From positions 1,952,001 to 2,016,000 of the forward strand of contig OZ241907.1 of the NCBI GenBank assembly GCA_965203515.1: a DNA stretch of 64,000 nucleotides, written 5' to 3'. This DNA is from Spirochaetia bacterium. Its GTDB lineage: Bacteria; Spirochaetota; Spirochaetia; SZUA-6; Bin103. The notes under the pieces are model-generated. The model saw nothing but the letters and a program-made list of their open reading frames with translations. It made no database searches and had not been told where the DNA came from. Both the position numbers and the translations under genes were made by a program. Numbering within the stretch: position 1 is the stretch's first letter; the number at the start of each line of letters is the position of its first letter. This document shows positions 1-9,761 of this stretch, one piece after another.

Positions 1-1264
1 AGCAGTCCCAGCCCTCCATCAGCGCCGCGCGGGTGATGATCCAGCGCACCGGCGAGTACTCGGAGAGCAGGTCCTCCTTTCCCAGCTCGTCGTTCTCGGC
101 CGACTTCACCCGCACCGCTTCGGCGGGAACGCCGAGGTTGCGGGTCAGGTACTCGCGCACGTCCTCGGCGTGAATCCGTTCGCCGTCGCGCTGCGCCTTG
201 CCGGTGCGCTCCACCCGTACCACGGCGATGGGCCGCAGGTAGCGGCCTTCGCTCTGCTGCAGCGACGCCGCTTCGGCATGCAGCCGGTCCAGCTCCTCGG
301 CCGCCTCGCCGAGCACGTGCTGCCATTCGGCGTTGGTGAACGACTCCACCCGCACCGGCAGCTTGATCATCTCCTCCTGCTTCAGATCGACGCCGGAGAT
401 GTCGACCAGCAGGTTGCTGATGCTGCGGTTGGGCGTGGCCGACAACTCGATCACCAGGCTGGGGTCCAGGCGGTTGATCGAGCGCACGAACTCCTGCGCC
501 GCGGCGGCCTTGCCGTACGCCTTGTGGGCTTCGTCCAGCACCACCACCGGGCGCAGCATCTTGAACACGTTGAACAGGCTGTGCTTGACCGGCCCGCCGT
601 CCGAGGTGCATTCCAGGTCCGGGTAGTCGAGCAGCAGGCGGCCGTCGCCGAGCAGGTCGTCGCTGTCGGGAAACAGCGTCGGGTAGCGCCCCGAGTCGCG
701 GAACATGCGCAGGAACTCCCTGCCCCGCTGGCGGTTGGCGGCCGGCAGCATGAGCAGCATCACGCACAGGTAGTGGGCGACGTCCAGGGCCGTGAACGGA
801 TCGTCTTTCTCCAGCATCTTGACGCGCCCGCCGCTGGCCCGCTCCAGCATCTGGCGGTAGGGGTGCTCGCGGTTCCAGAGCGCGGTCCTGGTCTGCTGGT
901 AGATGGCGCGTGTGGGGGTGATCCACAGGGTGAGCCCGGCGGGCCGGTTCATCCGCTCCAGCGCCGCCGCGGCGAGCAGCGTCTTGCCGCCGCCGGTCGG
1001 CACCTTGAAGCAGGCATGCGGGATGGGATACCCGGCGTCCGCGGTGCGGTCGGCGTGCCGCTCGCTGCCGGCGGCGACCCCGCCGGCCTGCGCCAGCTTC
1101 CGCCACGCCGCCTTGGGGTAGTTGTCCAGGTCTGCGGGAACGTCCACCCTGGCTTTCCGCAACGCTTCGACCGCGATGGCGGACTCCCGCCGCGCCTCGT
1201 CCAGCGCGGTCAGCCAGCGGTCGAACGCCTCCAGCGCGCGCGTCTGATATTCCTTCAGTTCCAT
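1..1264 (-). CDS. res: Type III restriction enzyme Res subunit (SF2 helicase), 3' end outside window
   Basis: Manual translation: MELKEYQTRAL..., Walker A KVPTGGGKTL, motif II VVLDEAHK, motif III ELSATP, ALMEGWD; downstream of mod. Confidence 0.9.
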   Translation of the reverse strand, partial: MELKEYQTRALEAFDRWLTALDEARRESAIAVEALRKARVDVPADLDNYPKAAWRKLAQAGGVAAGSERHADRTADAGYPIPHACFKVPTGGGKTLLAAAALERMNRPAGLTLWITPTRAIYQQTRTALWNREHPYRQMLERASGGRVKMLEKDDPFTALDVAHYLCVMLLMLPAANRQRGREFLRMFRDSGRYPTLFPDSDDLLGDGRLLLDYPDLECTSDGGPVKHSLFNVFKMLRPVVVLDEAHKAYGKAAAAQEFVRSINRLDPSLVIELSATPNRSISNLLVDISGVDLKQEEMIKLPVRVESFTNAEWQHVLGEAAEELDRLHAEAASLQQSEGRYLRPIAVVRVERTGKAQRDGERIHAEDVREYLTRNLGVPAEAVRVKSAENDELGKEDLLSEYSPVRWIITRAALMEGWDC

Positions 1265-1298
1265 CGCTTCGCGCCGCGTCTCCCGGTCATTCCTCCGT

Positions 1299-1718
1299 CT
1301 ATTCTTTCGGGGACTTGCCGCCAATGATGATAAGGAAAGCGCTATCTTCTTTGGCTTCAACGGTGTGCAGGACATCGGCAGTGAAGACAACCGCCTCGCC
1401 TTGTCCAAGTCTGACGTTCTCATTGCTTGACGAAAACACGATGCTTCCGTTCAGGGTAACGACAGTCGCCGAACTCGGCGCCCGATGCTCGTGAAGGACG
1501 GTGCCGGCCGTCATTGCAGTAAGAACGACAGTCAAGTCATCGCCGTGCGCAAGCGTGAGGGAAGCGCGTCCCGTCGATGCCGCAGTGGCCTCTTCCATGA
1601 GCTGTTCCGCCATCGAATTAAGGGGAAATCCCTTCGTTATCGGTGCGTCCAGATGTACAGGTCTGTAGGGATGTTCATATACCCGCATGGTCTCGTCAGG
1701 ATACCGCAGAACCACCAA
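1299..1718 (-). CDS. Cupin-domain protein (true start may be downstream)
   Basis: LHEHRAP...VVFTADVLHTVEAKEDS cupin motifs; lower GC than flanks. Confidence 0.75.
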   Translation of the reverse strand: MVVLRYPDETMRVYEHPYRPVHLDAPITKGFPLNSMAEQLMEEATAASTGRASLTLAHGDDLTVVLTAMTAGTVLHEHRAPSSATVVTLNGSIVFSSSNENVRLGQGEAVVFTADVLHTVEAKEDSAFLIIIGGKSPKE

Positions 1719-1813
1719 CGGCTCAAGCCGCCACGACCGTTCGCCCCGTCCGCCGCGCTGCCCCTCTCACGTCCCGCAGGCGTAGAATCGGCACCGGTCT
1801 CCGGGCTGTTGGT

Positions 1814-3203
1814 TCATTCCACCCGGCTGGACAGCTCGTAGGGGAGCTGGCAGAAGGTGATGCCCCAGGCCGACAGTTCGCGCTGGCCGATGTACTTGGC
1901 GGCGGCGAACACCACCGCCTTGCGGTTCCGGGGGCGGGCCGCGGCGCTGATCCGCTTGGCGCGTTCCTCGTTCAGGATGGCGTCGTTGCTGCGCAGGAAC
2001 GCCAGGTCGGGTTGGTAGAGCAGGTGGTAGTTGAGCTTGTCGGAGGAGTGAAACAGCCCGTCGCCGTCCTGCGGCGCGAGGTCGCCGGCACCGGCGGAGA
2101 CGCCGGACGCGGTATGGAGCAGGTACGCGGCCAGGGCTGGATATGGCGGCAGGGTCTCGCCGGAGAGCATGCCATCCAGCTCGATCGGGTCGCCAAGCCC
2201 GCTTCAGCAGTCGAGTCGGCTTTGGATTGTCGAACGCGGCCCGGCCGAGAATCTCTTCGAGCTCCTTGCTGCCTTCATCGGTGGTACCCGTATCTCCATG
2301 TTTCCACAAGTCCACGGGCACCAACCCAACGGACACTTCGGACAGAAATTTCTTCAATCTCGGGTAGTTCAGTCCGCCATCCTTACCCCACCAGAGTCGC
2401 TTCTCGGCTACGTGTCTTTTGTGTTCCTCAAATTCGTACTTCCACGCGTTCGTCGCGTGAGAGACCGTCCTTCCCGTGACCGGGTTCGTAATGTCGTAGA
2501 CCAGATTCGGTCGCTGGGAGCGCGTCGCCGGATTCACGTAGGAGACGCTTGTCCACGGTCCGCGCTGATCACCATCCGGATTGTCGTATATTGCATCGCT
2601 CTTTTCATTTCTCGGTTCCCGGAGAAAAACCAGTTCGTCGCTCCTACGATAGGCAAGTATCTTGTCTACAACCGACGTGAACATCTTTGCGTTATTGCTG
2701 CGGGTATACCGCTTCTCCCACGAGACGCACGACAGAAAGTTTTCTTCGCCGAATACCTCGTCCATGAGCATCCGCAGATGGTGCTGCTCATGGTCGTCGA
2801 TGGATACGAAGATCACGCCGTCCTCCGCCAACAGCTCCCGCAGCAGGTGGAGGCGCGGCCACATCATGCAGAGCCACTTGTCGTGCCGCTCCAGGTCCTC
2901 GTTGTCCACCGGACCGTGCGCCCGCAGCCACTCCTTCAGCAGCGGACTGTTCACGTTGTCGTTGTAGACCCACCCCTCGTTGCCGGTGTTGTAGGGCGGG
3001 TCGATGTAGATGCACTTGACGCGCCCGGCGTAGCGCGGCAGCAGCGCCTTCAGGGCGTGCAGGTTGTCGCCGTGGATGATCAGGTTGTCGTTGGCGCCTG
3101 CCGGACGGCAGGAGCGCGCCGGATCGGACAGCAGCGGGCGGTACGGCACCGTGAGATGATGCGCGTAGATATGCTGCTTCCCCTTGAACTCAAGCACCGG
3201 CAT
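1814..3203 (-). pseudogene. mod: Type III DNA methyltransferase Mod with internal deletion/frameshift at ~2199
   Basis: IIHGDNL, IYIDPPYNTG, FDNPKPTRLLKR, then jumps out of frame to the C-terminal LGDPIELDGMLSGETLPPY; FxGxG motif I absent. Confidence 0.85.
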
Positions 3204-3215
3204 CGTCTCCGCCCG

Positions 3216-3704
3216 CTACGCGGCTCCCTCCCTGGTGGTTTTCGGCGGCAGGTTACGGGCGCTCCAGAACATCCCTTCGATCACCCCTTCGACCTTCGAC
3301 AGCCGGTCTCCGACGTTGGTCAGCCGATCGGCAATCACTTCGAAGCCGGCCTTCATCTCGTCTTTGATCTGGCCGTCGCCGTCCCTCATTTCGCTCCGGA
3401 GCCGGCCTTCGCTCTCCCTGATTTCACTACGGAGCCCAACGATCATGGTTTCGAGCCGGCCGTCGTTCTCCCGGAGTCGGCCATCGAGCTTGCCCATCTC
3501 GCCGCTGAGTCGGCCATCGAGCTTGCCCATCTCGCCGCTGAGCCGGCCTTCGAGCTTGCGCATCTCGCCATTGAGCCGGCCTTCGAGCTTGCTCATCTCC
3601 ATGCGGACCTTCTCCACGTCCTTGTGGATCCAGCGTGTGGAGCCGAACATGCCGATGCCCAGGGCGACCGCGGCCCCGATGGTCGCTATCATATCCCCGC
3701 TCAC
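3216..3704 (-). CDS. Membrane-anchored coiled-coil protein with 11-aa repeats
   Basis: N-terminal hydrophobic helix; MxKL(E/D)GRL(N/S)GE repeats; GAGGAGG RBS. Confidence 0.75.
   Translation of the reverse strand: MSGDMIATIGAAVALGIGMFGSTRWIHKDVEKVRMEMSKLEGRLNGEMRKLEGRLSGEMGKLDGRLSGEMGKLDGRLRENDGRLETMIVGLRSEIRESEGRLRSEMRDGDGQIKDEMKAGFEVIADRLTNVGDRLSKVEGVIEGMFWSARNLPPKTTREGAA
3475..3600. repeat. 33-bp tandem repeat, ~4 copies
   Basis: agtcggccatcgagcttgcccatctcgccgctg x2 followed by two variant copies. Confidence 0.95.
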
Positions 3705-3969
3705 CTGCGCACCTCCTCAGAGCGCCATCCGTTCCCGCCCGATCATAGACGATCGACCGTCCGGTCGTCATCACGCGCGAGCCGTTCGACGCCCGCGCAC
3801 GTCGGTTCGGGCCGCGTCCTCGTGGGATGGACGCCGTCACCACCAGAAACGCGCCGAGTCGCGCTGCCGCTTCAAAATGCGCGCGCAGATCGAACCGGGA
3901 CCGCGCAGGCATGCGGCACCCGACGCCCGGCGCGTCGATCATGGTAGGATGCCCGCGAAGGGAGGACGC

Positions 3970-5235
3970 ATGATCAGACCGTTCGGCGACGGACGCGACC
4001 GCTACTTCACGGAACGATTGGGGCTCTTCGTCCACTGGGGGCTGTACGCGATCCCCGCGTGGCACGAGCAGATCCTGTGGCGGTCGGACATGCGGCGGCG
4101 CGACTACGAGCAACTCATCCATCGTTTCAACCCGCAGCGGTTCGATCCGGACGAGTGGCTGGCCGCGGCGGAGAGCGCCGGCATGAGCTTCGTCCTGATC
4201 ACCACCAAGCATCACGACGGGTTCTGCCTGTGGGACACCCGGCTGACCGACTATTCGGTGATGCGCACCCCATACGGCCGGGACATCCTGGCCGAGCTGG
4301 CCGCCGCGTGCGAGCGTCGCGGCATCGCCCTCGGCTTCTACTACTCATGCCCCGACTGGCACCACCCGCAGTATCCCAACCTGGGGCGCCATCACGAGAT
4401 GTTCGGGCCGCGGCGCGGCGACCGGCCCGACCTGGCCGCGTATTGGGAGTTCGTCCGCGGCCAGGTGCGGGAATTGTGCACCAACTACGGGCCGCTGCGC
4501 GATTTCTTCTGGGACGTGAACGTGGCCGAGCATCACGACCCGAGCCTGAACGACATGGTGCGCGAGCTGCAGCCCGGCATCCTGATCAACGACCGCGGTC
4601 CCGGGCCCGGAGACTATGGCACCCCGGAGCGCCACGTGCCGGACGCGCGCGAGTTCGACGCGCCGACGCAGGCGGTGCAGGCGCTCGGCCGCGAGAGCTG
4701 GGGCTATCGAGCGGACGAGGACTACTACAGCGACCGCTACGTCATCGAGAGCATCGACCGCGTGCTGGCGATGGGCGGCGACTACATCCTCAACGTCGGC
4801 CCGAAGGCGGACGGCAGCCTGCCGGAAGAGAACGTGCGCACGCTCGCCCGGGTCGGCGACTGGTACCGCCGCGTCCGGGAGGCGTTCGACGGCACGGCGC
4901 CGGCCTCGACCGTGATCGACGACGACGCGATCGGCATGGACGACGTTCCGCGCGTGCACCGCGACAGCATGCTGGTCACGCGCACCGGCAACACGCTGTA
5001 CGTCCACCTGCCGACGGCGCCGCAGAGCACCGGTCTGATCCTCAAGCCGTTGCGGGTCGCACCCGAACGGGCGACGCTGCTCAACGACGGCAGCGAGCTG
5101 CGCGCCGCGGTGGAAACGACGCCGTGGCACTGGCAGGAGCCGCCCTGTCTGCGCCTGAGCGGCCTGCCGGTCAACCGCATGACCGACACCGTGATGGTCA
5201 TCCGCCTCGATTTCGCCGACGACGTGGCCGACTAG
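3970..5235 (+). CDS. Alpha-L-fucosidase (GH29)
   Basis: GLFVHWG, FDPDEW, TTKHHDGFCLW, FWD, INDR, LNVGP; GGAGGA RBS before ATG 3970. Confidence 0.92.
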   Translation: MIRPFGDGRDRYFTERLGLFVHWGLYAIPAWHEQILWRSDMRRRDYEQLIHRFNPQRFDPDEWLAAAESAGMSFVLITTKHHDGFCLWDTRLTDYSVMRTPYGRDILAELAAACERRGIALGFYYSCPDWHHPQYPNLGRHHEMFGPRRGDRPDLAAYWEFVRGQVRELCTNYGPLRDFFWDVNVAEHHDPSLNDMVRELQPGILINDRGPGPGDYGTPERHVPDAREFDAPTQAVQALGRESWGYRADEDYYSDRYVIESIDRVLAMGGDYILNVGPKADGSLPEENVRTLARVGDWYRRVREAFDGTAPASTVIDDDAIGMDDVPRVHRDSMLVTRTGNTLYVHLPTAPQSTGLILKPLRVAPERATLLNDGSELRAAVETTPWHWQEPPCLRLSGLPVNRMTDTVMVIRLDFADDVAD

Positions 5236-5309
5236 CGCCGGCCTCTCCCCCGGCATCTTGCTCGACAGCGGCCGTATCCGCCGACTAACGTCGGTCGGCG
5301 GTGGACCAG

Positions 5310-5521
5310 GAACGCATGCGCTTCCTGCGCGGGTCGACCTGATCGATCTGCCGAACGCCGGTCCGGTCATAGCCCGCGCCATCGAGCAACACGGCAGGAT
5401 CATCTATGAACGAGAGAACGCGCGTCGCAACGTTGATCGCGGAACTGAACGGTGACGTCGAGAGCCTCGGCGAGCTTGCCGAGACCAACCGGAAAGCCGA
5501 CGGCCGCATCCGGCACGCGAT
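5310..5521 (+). pseudogene. Remnant of MNT nucleotidyltransferase 3' end + HEPN toxin 5' end
   Basis: RVDLIDL...AIEQHGRIIYE overlaps MNERTRVATLIAELNGDVESLGEL..., cut off at the NYN gene stop. Confidence 0.5.
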
Positions 5522-6424
5522 CTATTCGAGCCGCTTCACCTCGAGCGCGCACGGGCCGCGGTCGTTCCTGCCGAGCACGAACTCGACCATCTCTCCCATC
5601 TCCAGATCGTTGAAGTCGCCCCCATCCATCGACGTCCAATGGAAGAAGAGGTTGTCACCCCCGGAATCGGGAGTGATGAAGCCGTAGCCGTCCTTGACGG
5701 CCTGTATCGCGCCCTTCTGCCGCTCTTCCGACACGATCGTAGACCGTGACGGGCGGGCGACGGCCGGTTGCGAAGGCGGCGCGACGAACAGGTTGTTCAC
5801 TATCGGGTCGTTGGCGCGCGATCGATCGTCGATGATGCTGTCCATCGGGGCGATGTACGTGACCTCGTTGATCAGGAACTGGGACGTTCTGGTCTCCCGC
5901 TCCTGACCGTTGATCGGGTCGCTGACCTTGAAGTCCCATGCGGTCACCATGGTCCGCGCGCCGAGCGTGTTCAACTTGCGGACCAACGGCACGTAGTCGC
6001 CGTCTCCGGCGACCAGCACGACGACGTTGAAGTGCTTGGAGATGGCGAGCTCGAACGCTTCCAGGGCCAGCCATACGTCGATCCCCTTCTCGCCCCGCGA
6101 CGAGGTCGGCAAGAAATGCGTCGTGACTCCCTCACGTATCAGAACGTCCTCGAAGACCCGTTCGCGGTACAGGGCGTCTCTCTCCTGCGCGTCGGCCGCC
6201 GAAGACCGGGCCCGGAAGTAGTGGGCATCCACGATCCGGCAGTAGCGGGCGTCGGCCTGCTCGTTCTTGGCGACTTCGTCGCGTATGAAGGAGTGCAGGC
6301 CGGAGATGTTGATGCGCGCCTTCCGGTGATGGTCGTAGCAGTAGTAGTTGCTCACGTGCGAAAAGAAACTTCCATCGTAGAATACTCCGATCCGCTTGAG
6401 CTTGCCGTCCGGTATATGCTGCAC
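5522..6424 (-). CDS. NYN (LabA/DUF88) RNase-fold protein with C-terminal cold-shock domain
   Basis: VFYDGSF, EKGIDVWLA, VAGDGDYVPL; CSD GYGFITPD...LFFH. Confidence 0.9.
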   Translation of the reverse strand: MQHIPDGKLKRIGVFYDGSFFSHVSNYYCYDHHRKARINISGLHSFIRDEVAKNEQADARYCRIVDAHYFRARSSAADAQERDALYRERVFEDVLIREGVTTHFLPTSSRGEKGIDVWLALEAFELAISKHFNVVVLVAGDGDYVPLVRKLNTLGARTMVTAWDFKVSDPINGQERETRTSQFLINEVTYIAPMDSIIDDRSRANDPIVNNLFVAPPSQPAVARPSRSTIVSEERQKGAIQAVKDGYGFITPDSGGDNLFFHWTSMDGGDFNDLEMGEMVEFVLGRNDRGPCALEVKRLE

Positions 6425-6649
6425 GTCATTTCCCCCTGGCTATTCGTTCGATAAACGAATCATATGTTTACTTGCGGTAACCGCGTTGCGGCGCCGGCGC
6501 GCCGATTGGATGCCGGCGGCGACCCGCTTGCTGCGCTCCAATATGCCTTCCGGCCCGCCCGATCGTCAAGGGCGGCGGCCCGCGCCGCGAACCGTTCCGG
6601 TTGCCCGGACCGAAGAATCGCGCCGAGCGATCAGCATCGCGCCGAGCGG

Positions 6650-8164
6650 TCAGCGGGCGTAGATCGCATACAGCCGGGCGTCCTCGGGGCGGATGCCGGC
6701 GAAGGTCACCTGCAGGCGCAGCGGGCCGGCACCGGTCGGCACGGGGCGCTGCCAGCGGATCGGCTCCCGCAGCCCGGCGGCCGGCGCCGGCTTCCGCCGG
6801 CTCTCCTGACCCGGCACCAAGTCTTCCTGGCCGCCGGCCGCCCCTTCCAGCGCGGTCAGCACGGCGGCGTCGGCGCCGCTGAAGCCGGGCAGCGGATGGA
6901 ACCCCTCGTCCAGCAGCTCGAAGCGCAGCTCCGTGTGCGGGCCGAGCCCGCCGACGTTGGCGCTGAACTCGGCGGCGCCCGTCAGCGGGCAGGTCAGCAG
7001 GTGGCCGCCGTCGCCGCGCATCGCCTCGAAGTAGCCGATGCGGTCGCGCTCCCAGGTGGCAAGCCGCACCTGCACCGGCAGGTTGCCCCAGTTCTCGTAC
7101 CACAGCAGGGTCTTGTCGCCCCAGTTGACCATGCCCTGGCCGTGGCTGACCGTCGGCGGCTTGCCGACCACGGCGCCGGTCTCCTCGTAGGCCGGCAGGA
7201 TCGGGAAGTCCTTGATCGGCTCCTGGAAGTGGAGCGCGTCGTGGCTGACCAGCAGGCCCAGGTCCATGGAGATGAGCTGCCGGTCGCTCGTCGGCGTACC
7301 GTGCCAGATGTCGTAGATGCCCAGGATCACGTTGCCGCGATCCCAGAGGCCGGCCCCCAGGTGGACCTCCTCGCTCTGGTTCCACTTCGCCCGCGGCGCC
7401 GAGGCGAGCGGGTCGAACGGCAGCGGGTGCGGCGGTACCATGTCGCGCCGGAAGCCGACGCACGACGCCTGCGTCCAGGTCTCGAAGTCGCAGGAAGCGA
7501 AGGTGGCGAGCACCCGCCCGGTCGTGTAGTGCGAGCCGCCCTGGCCGTTGACGTAGTAGCAGCCGTTGTGACGGATCAGCCCGGTCTGTTCCAGGCCGGG
7601 GCCGACCGGGTTGTTCGGCGACTCGGTCCAGCGGAGGCCGTCGGCGCTGTAGGCGACCGCGAACCGGTTGCCGTACGCTTCGCTCTCGAAGACGCACTTG
7701 AAGCGCCGCGACGGGTCCGGATCGTCGGGCTCGTACATCACCGGCAGGGCGGCGAACTCGCAACGGCCGCCGCGCAGGTCGACGATGTTGTTGCGCGTGG
7801 AGCCGTCGAACTCGATCAGGCCCAGGTCGGGCTTTTCCCAATGCACGCCGTCGGTACTGGTGGCATGGCAGCAGCGGAGCTGACCGCCGTTGCGGCCGTC
7901 CGCGTCCCGGGTGCTCCTGGCCAGATACCACATGCGCAGCTCGCCGTCGATCGGGATGACCGTGCCGTAGAAGCGGGTGCAGAAGTCGTCGGGAGCCCCC
8001 GGCTCGCCGGCCGCCACGACGATCGGGTTGGCGCTGCCCGGCGTCTTGCCCGGTATGAGGTGCAACCGGAGCCCGGCGCTGAACGGGCAGCTATAGCTGT
8101 CGAACGGGAACAGGACCGCCTCTTCGACGACGGGGTTGGGGACGCTGTTGCGGACGGTGATCAT
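6650..8164 (-). CDS. Beta-propeller glycoside-hydrolase-like protein
   Basis: SxDGxxW Asp-box repeats, WEKPDLG...NN, DPDPSRRFK. Confidence 0.7.
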   Translation of the reverse strand: MITVRNSVPNPVVEEAVLFPFDSYSCPFSAGLRLHLIPGKTPGSANPIVVAAGEPGAPDDFCTRFYGTVIPIDGELRMWYLARSTRDADGRNGGQLRCCHATSTDGVHWEKPDLGLIEFDGSTRNNIVDLRGGRCEFAALPVMYEPDDPDPSRRFKCVFESEAYGNRFAVAYSADGLRWTESPNNPVGPGLEQTGLIRHNGCYYVNGQGGSHYTTGRVLATFASCDFETWTQASCVGFRRDMVPPHPLPFDPLASAPRAKWNQSEEVHLGAGLWDRGNVILGIYDIWHGTPTSDRQLISMDLGLLVSHDALHFQEPIKDFPILPAYEETGAVVGKPPTVSHGQGMVNWGDKTLLWYENWGNLPVQVRLATWERDRIGYFEAMRGDGGHLLTCPLTGAAEFSANVGGLGPHTELRFELLDEGFHPLPGFSGADAAVLTALEGAAGGQEDLVPGQESRRKPAPAAGLREPIRWQRPVPTGAGPLRLQVTFAGIRPEDARLYAIYAR

Positions 8165-8210
8165 GGTGCGCTCCTTGGTCGGGTTCCGAACGGTCGGGCG
8201 GTGACGGACG

Positions 8211-9632
8211 TCACCGCAGCCAGTAGCTGTACAGGCGCGCGTTCGTCATGAGGAAGCGGATGCGCGCCGGCGCGGCGATCGCGGACAGCGGCCGGCCGGC
8301 CGCCTGCCCGCGCCAGCGGATGACCTGATCGGTCGAGTCCGCGCCGGCCGCGACGCAGTCGCCGGCCGCATAGCCGGGGATCGGCCGGTAGCGTTCGTCG
8401 AGCAGTTCCGCGGCGACGCGGCCGAAATCGCACTTGGCGTTGACGTGCAGCTCGGCGCCGGCCAGCTCGAAGGGCACCGTGGTGATGGCGCCGCCGTCGT
8501 AGCTGGCATCGATGGAAGCGAAGCCGTCGAGCCGCAACGTGGCCAGCCCGATCGCCATCGAGCCGCGTTCCTGGTCCGGGTCGATCCTCGGCTCGAACTC
8601 GCCCACCACCTTGTTGTGGCGGCGCGAGGTGCCCCGGTAGTAGACGTGCAGCCGGTCGCCGACCGGGATCGGCGGCGCGCCGGTGAGCATGATCTGGAAG
8701 CGGTCCCAGTCGCCCACCTCGCCCAGTCCGACCAGCGGGTCGGGCGCCGGCGCCCGCATCCACACGTCGCCGTCGCGGCTGGTGAGCAGCCGGAGGGTCT
8801 GCGACTGATGCTCCGCGCGCCGGTCGAAGTGGGTCATGATGCCCAGGTACTGCGCGCCGTAGACGAAGCCGTTGTTGTTGTAGAGCGCCTCCTCGTGATT
8901 GAGCTGAAACAGAAAGCGCTCCGGGCGGGTCCAGGTGACGAAGTCCCGGCTCACCGCCATGACCCGCCAGCCGGGATGATCGGCGGCGCTGCGCAGCATC
9001 GCCACGTAGCGGCGCCGGCGGGTGTCGATCATCAGCGCCTGCGCGTCGCCGATCGGCCCCAGGTCGGCGGTTCCCGGCCGCGGGTGGTAACGGACGATCG
9101 GCTCCGGCGTGAACGTCCAGCGCATGCCGTCCGGCGAAGTGCCGGTGTAGATGCCGCTCATCGGCCCGTCCCAGTCGTAGCTCGACCAGCCGATCGCCTT
9201 GTAGCGGCGCTCCGGGTCGGGGTCGATCGGATCCTTCATCATCGTCTCGAAGTGATCCTTGCCGTCGTGGTACTCGGCCGGCACGACGATGTTGTTGTCC
9301 GTGTTGCCCAGCGCCTCGTGCAGCCCGAGCACCGGCCTGGTCCACGAGATACCGTCGTCCGACAGCGCCAGGCACTGCACGTGCTCCTTGCCCGGCGCAT
9401 AGAAGCCGGCCATGTACCACGCCTTGAAGACCGATTCCTCGCGGTCGTAGATGACCGAGGCGGTCATGCCGCCCATCCGCTCCCACGGCTCTTCCTGAGC
9501 GATGACCGGCAGGCCGTGCTTGCGCGCCTGGTGGAAGGCGCGGCTCACGTTGTCTCGTCGGTCGACGTCGAGCAGATCGACGAACAGGCGCCGCTCGGCG
9601 TCGAGGCGTTCGGGTACGGTTGCGCTGCTCAC
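8211..9632 (-). CDS. Beta-propeller glycoside-hydrolase-like protein
   Basis: RRLFVD, four SxDG/F-xxW repeats, LRLDGFAS, C-terminal beta-sandwich. Confidence 0.75.
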   Translation of the reverse strand: MSSATVPERLDAERRLFVDLLDVDRRDNVSRAFHQARKHGLPVIAQEEPWERMGGMTASVIYDREESVFKAWYMAGFYAPGKEHVQCLALSDDGISWTRPVLGLHEALGNTDNNIVVPAEYHDGKDHFETMMKDPIDPDPERRYKAIGWSSYDWDGPMSGIYTGTSPDGMRWTFTPEPIVRYHPRPGTADLGPIGDAQALMIDTRRRRYVAMLRSAADHPGWRVMAVSRDFVTWTRPERFLFQLNHEEALYNNNGFVYGAQYLGIMTHFDRRAEHQSQTLRLLTSRDGDVWMRAPAPDPLVGLGEVGDWDRFQIMLTGAPPIPVGDRLHVYYRGTSRRHNKVVGEFEPRIDPDQERGSMAIGLATLRLDGFASIDASYDGGAITTVPFELAGAELHVNAKCDFGRVAAELLDERYRPIPGYAAGDCVAAGADSTDQVIRWRGQAAGRPLSAIAAPARIRFLMTNARLYSYWLR

Positions 9633-9639
9633 GGACCGG

Positions 9640-9753
9640 AGGATAGCACGTCGGCGCGCCTCCGCGCCGGGGGTGCACGACGCACGGAGTGCGCACGCAC
9701 CGGAGTGCGCACGCACGCACCGGGGTGCGCAAACGCCGTTCCCGTGCTATCCT
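9640..9753. promoter_or_regulatory. Divergent extended -10 promoters forming an 11-bp inverted repeat around hairpin-like repeats
   Basis: AGGATAGCACG (9640-9650) / CGTGCTATCCT (9743-9753); each TGcTATCCT lies 7-8 nt before a start codon. Confidence 0.6.
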
Positions 9754-9761
9754 GCCGGCCC

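Noticed and set aside
170..1327. 385-aa plus-strand ORF and many similar long ORFs (e.g. 2169-3947, 9747-12125, 56652-59765)
   Set aside because: Antisense or alternate-frame shadows of real genes in high-GC DNA; no motifs
3475..3600. 33-bp repeats as CRISPR
   Set aside because: Tandem without spacers; coding
3184..3969. N-terminal extension of the 683-aa fucosidase ORF
   Set aside because: Antisense to the coiled-coil gene; a good RBS and the homology start point to ATG 3970
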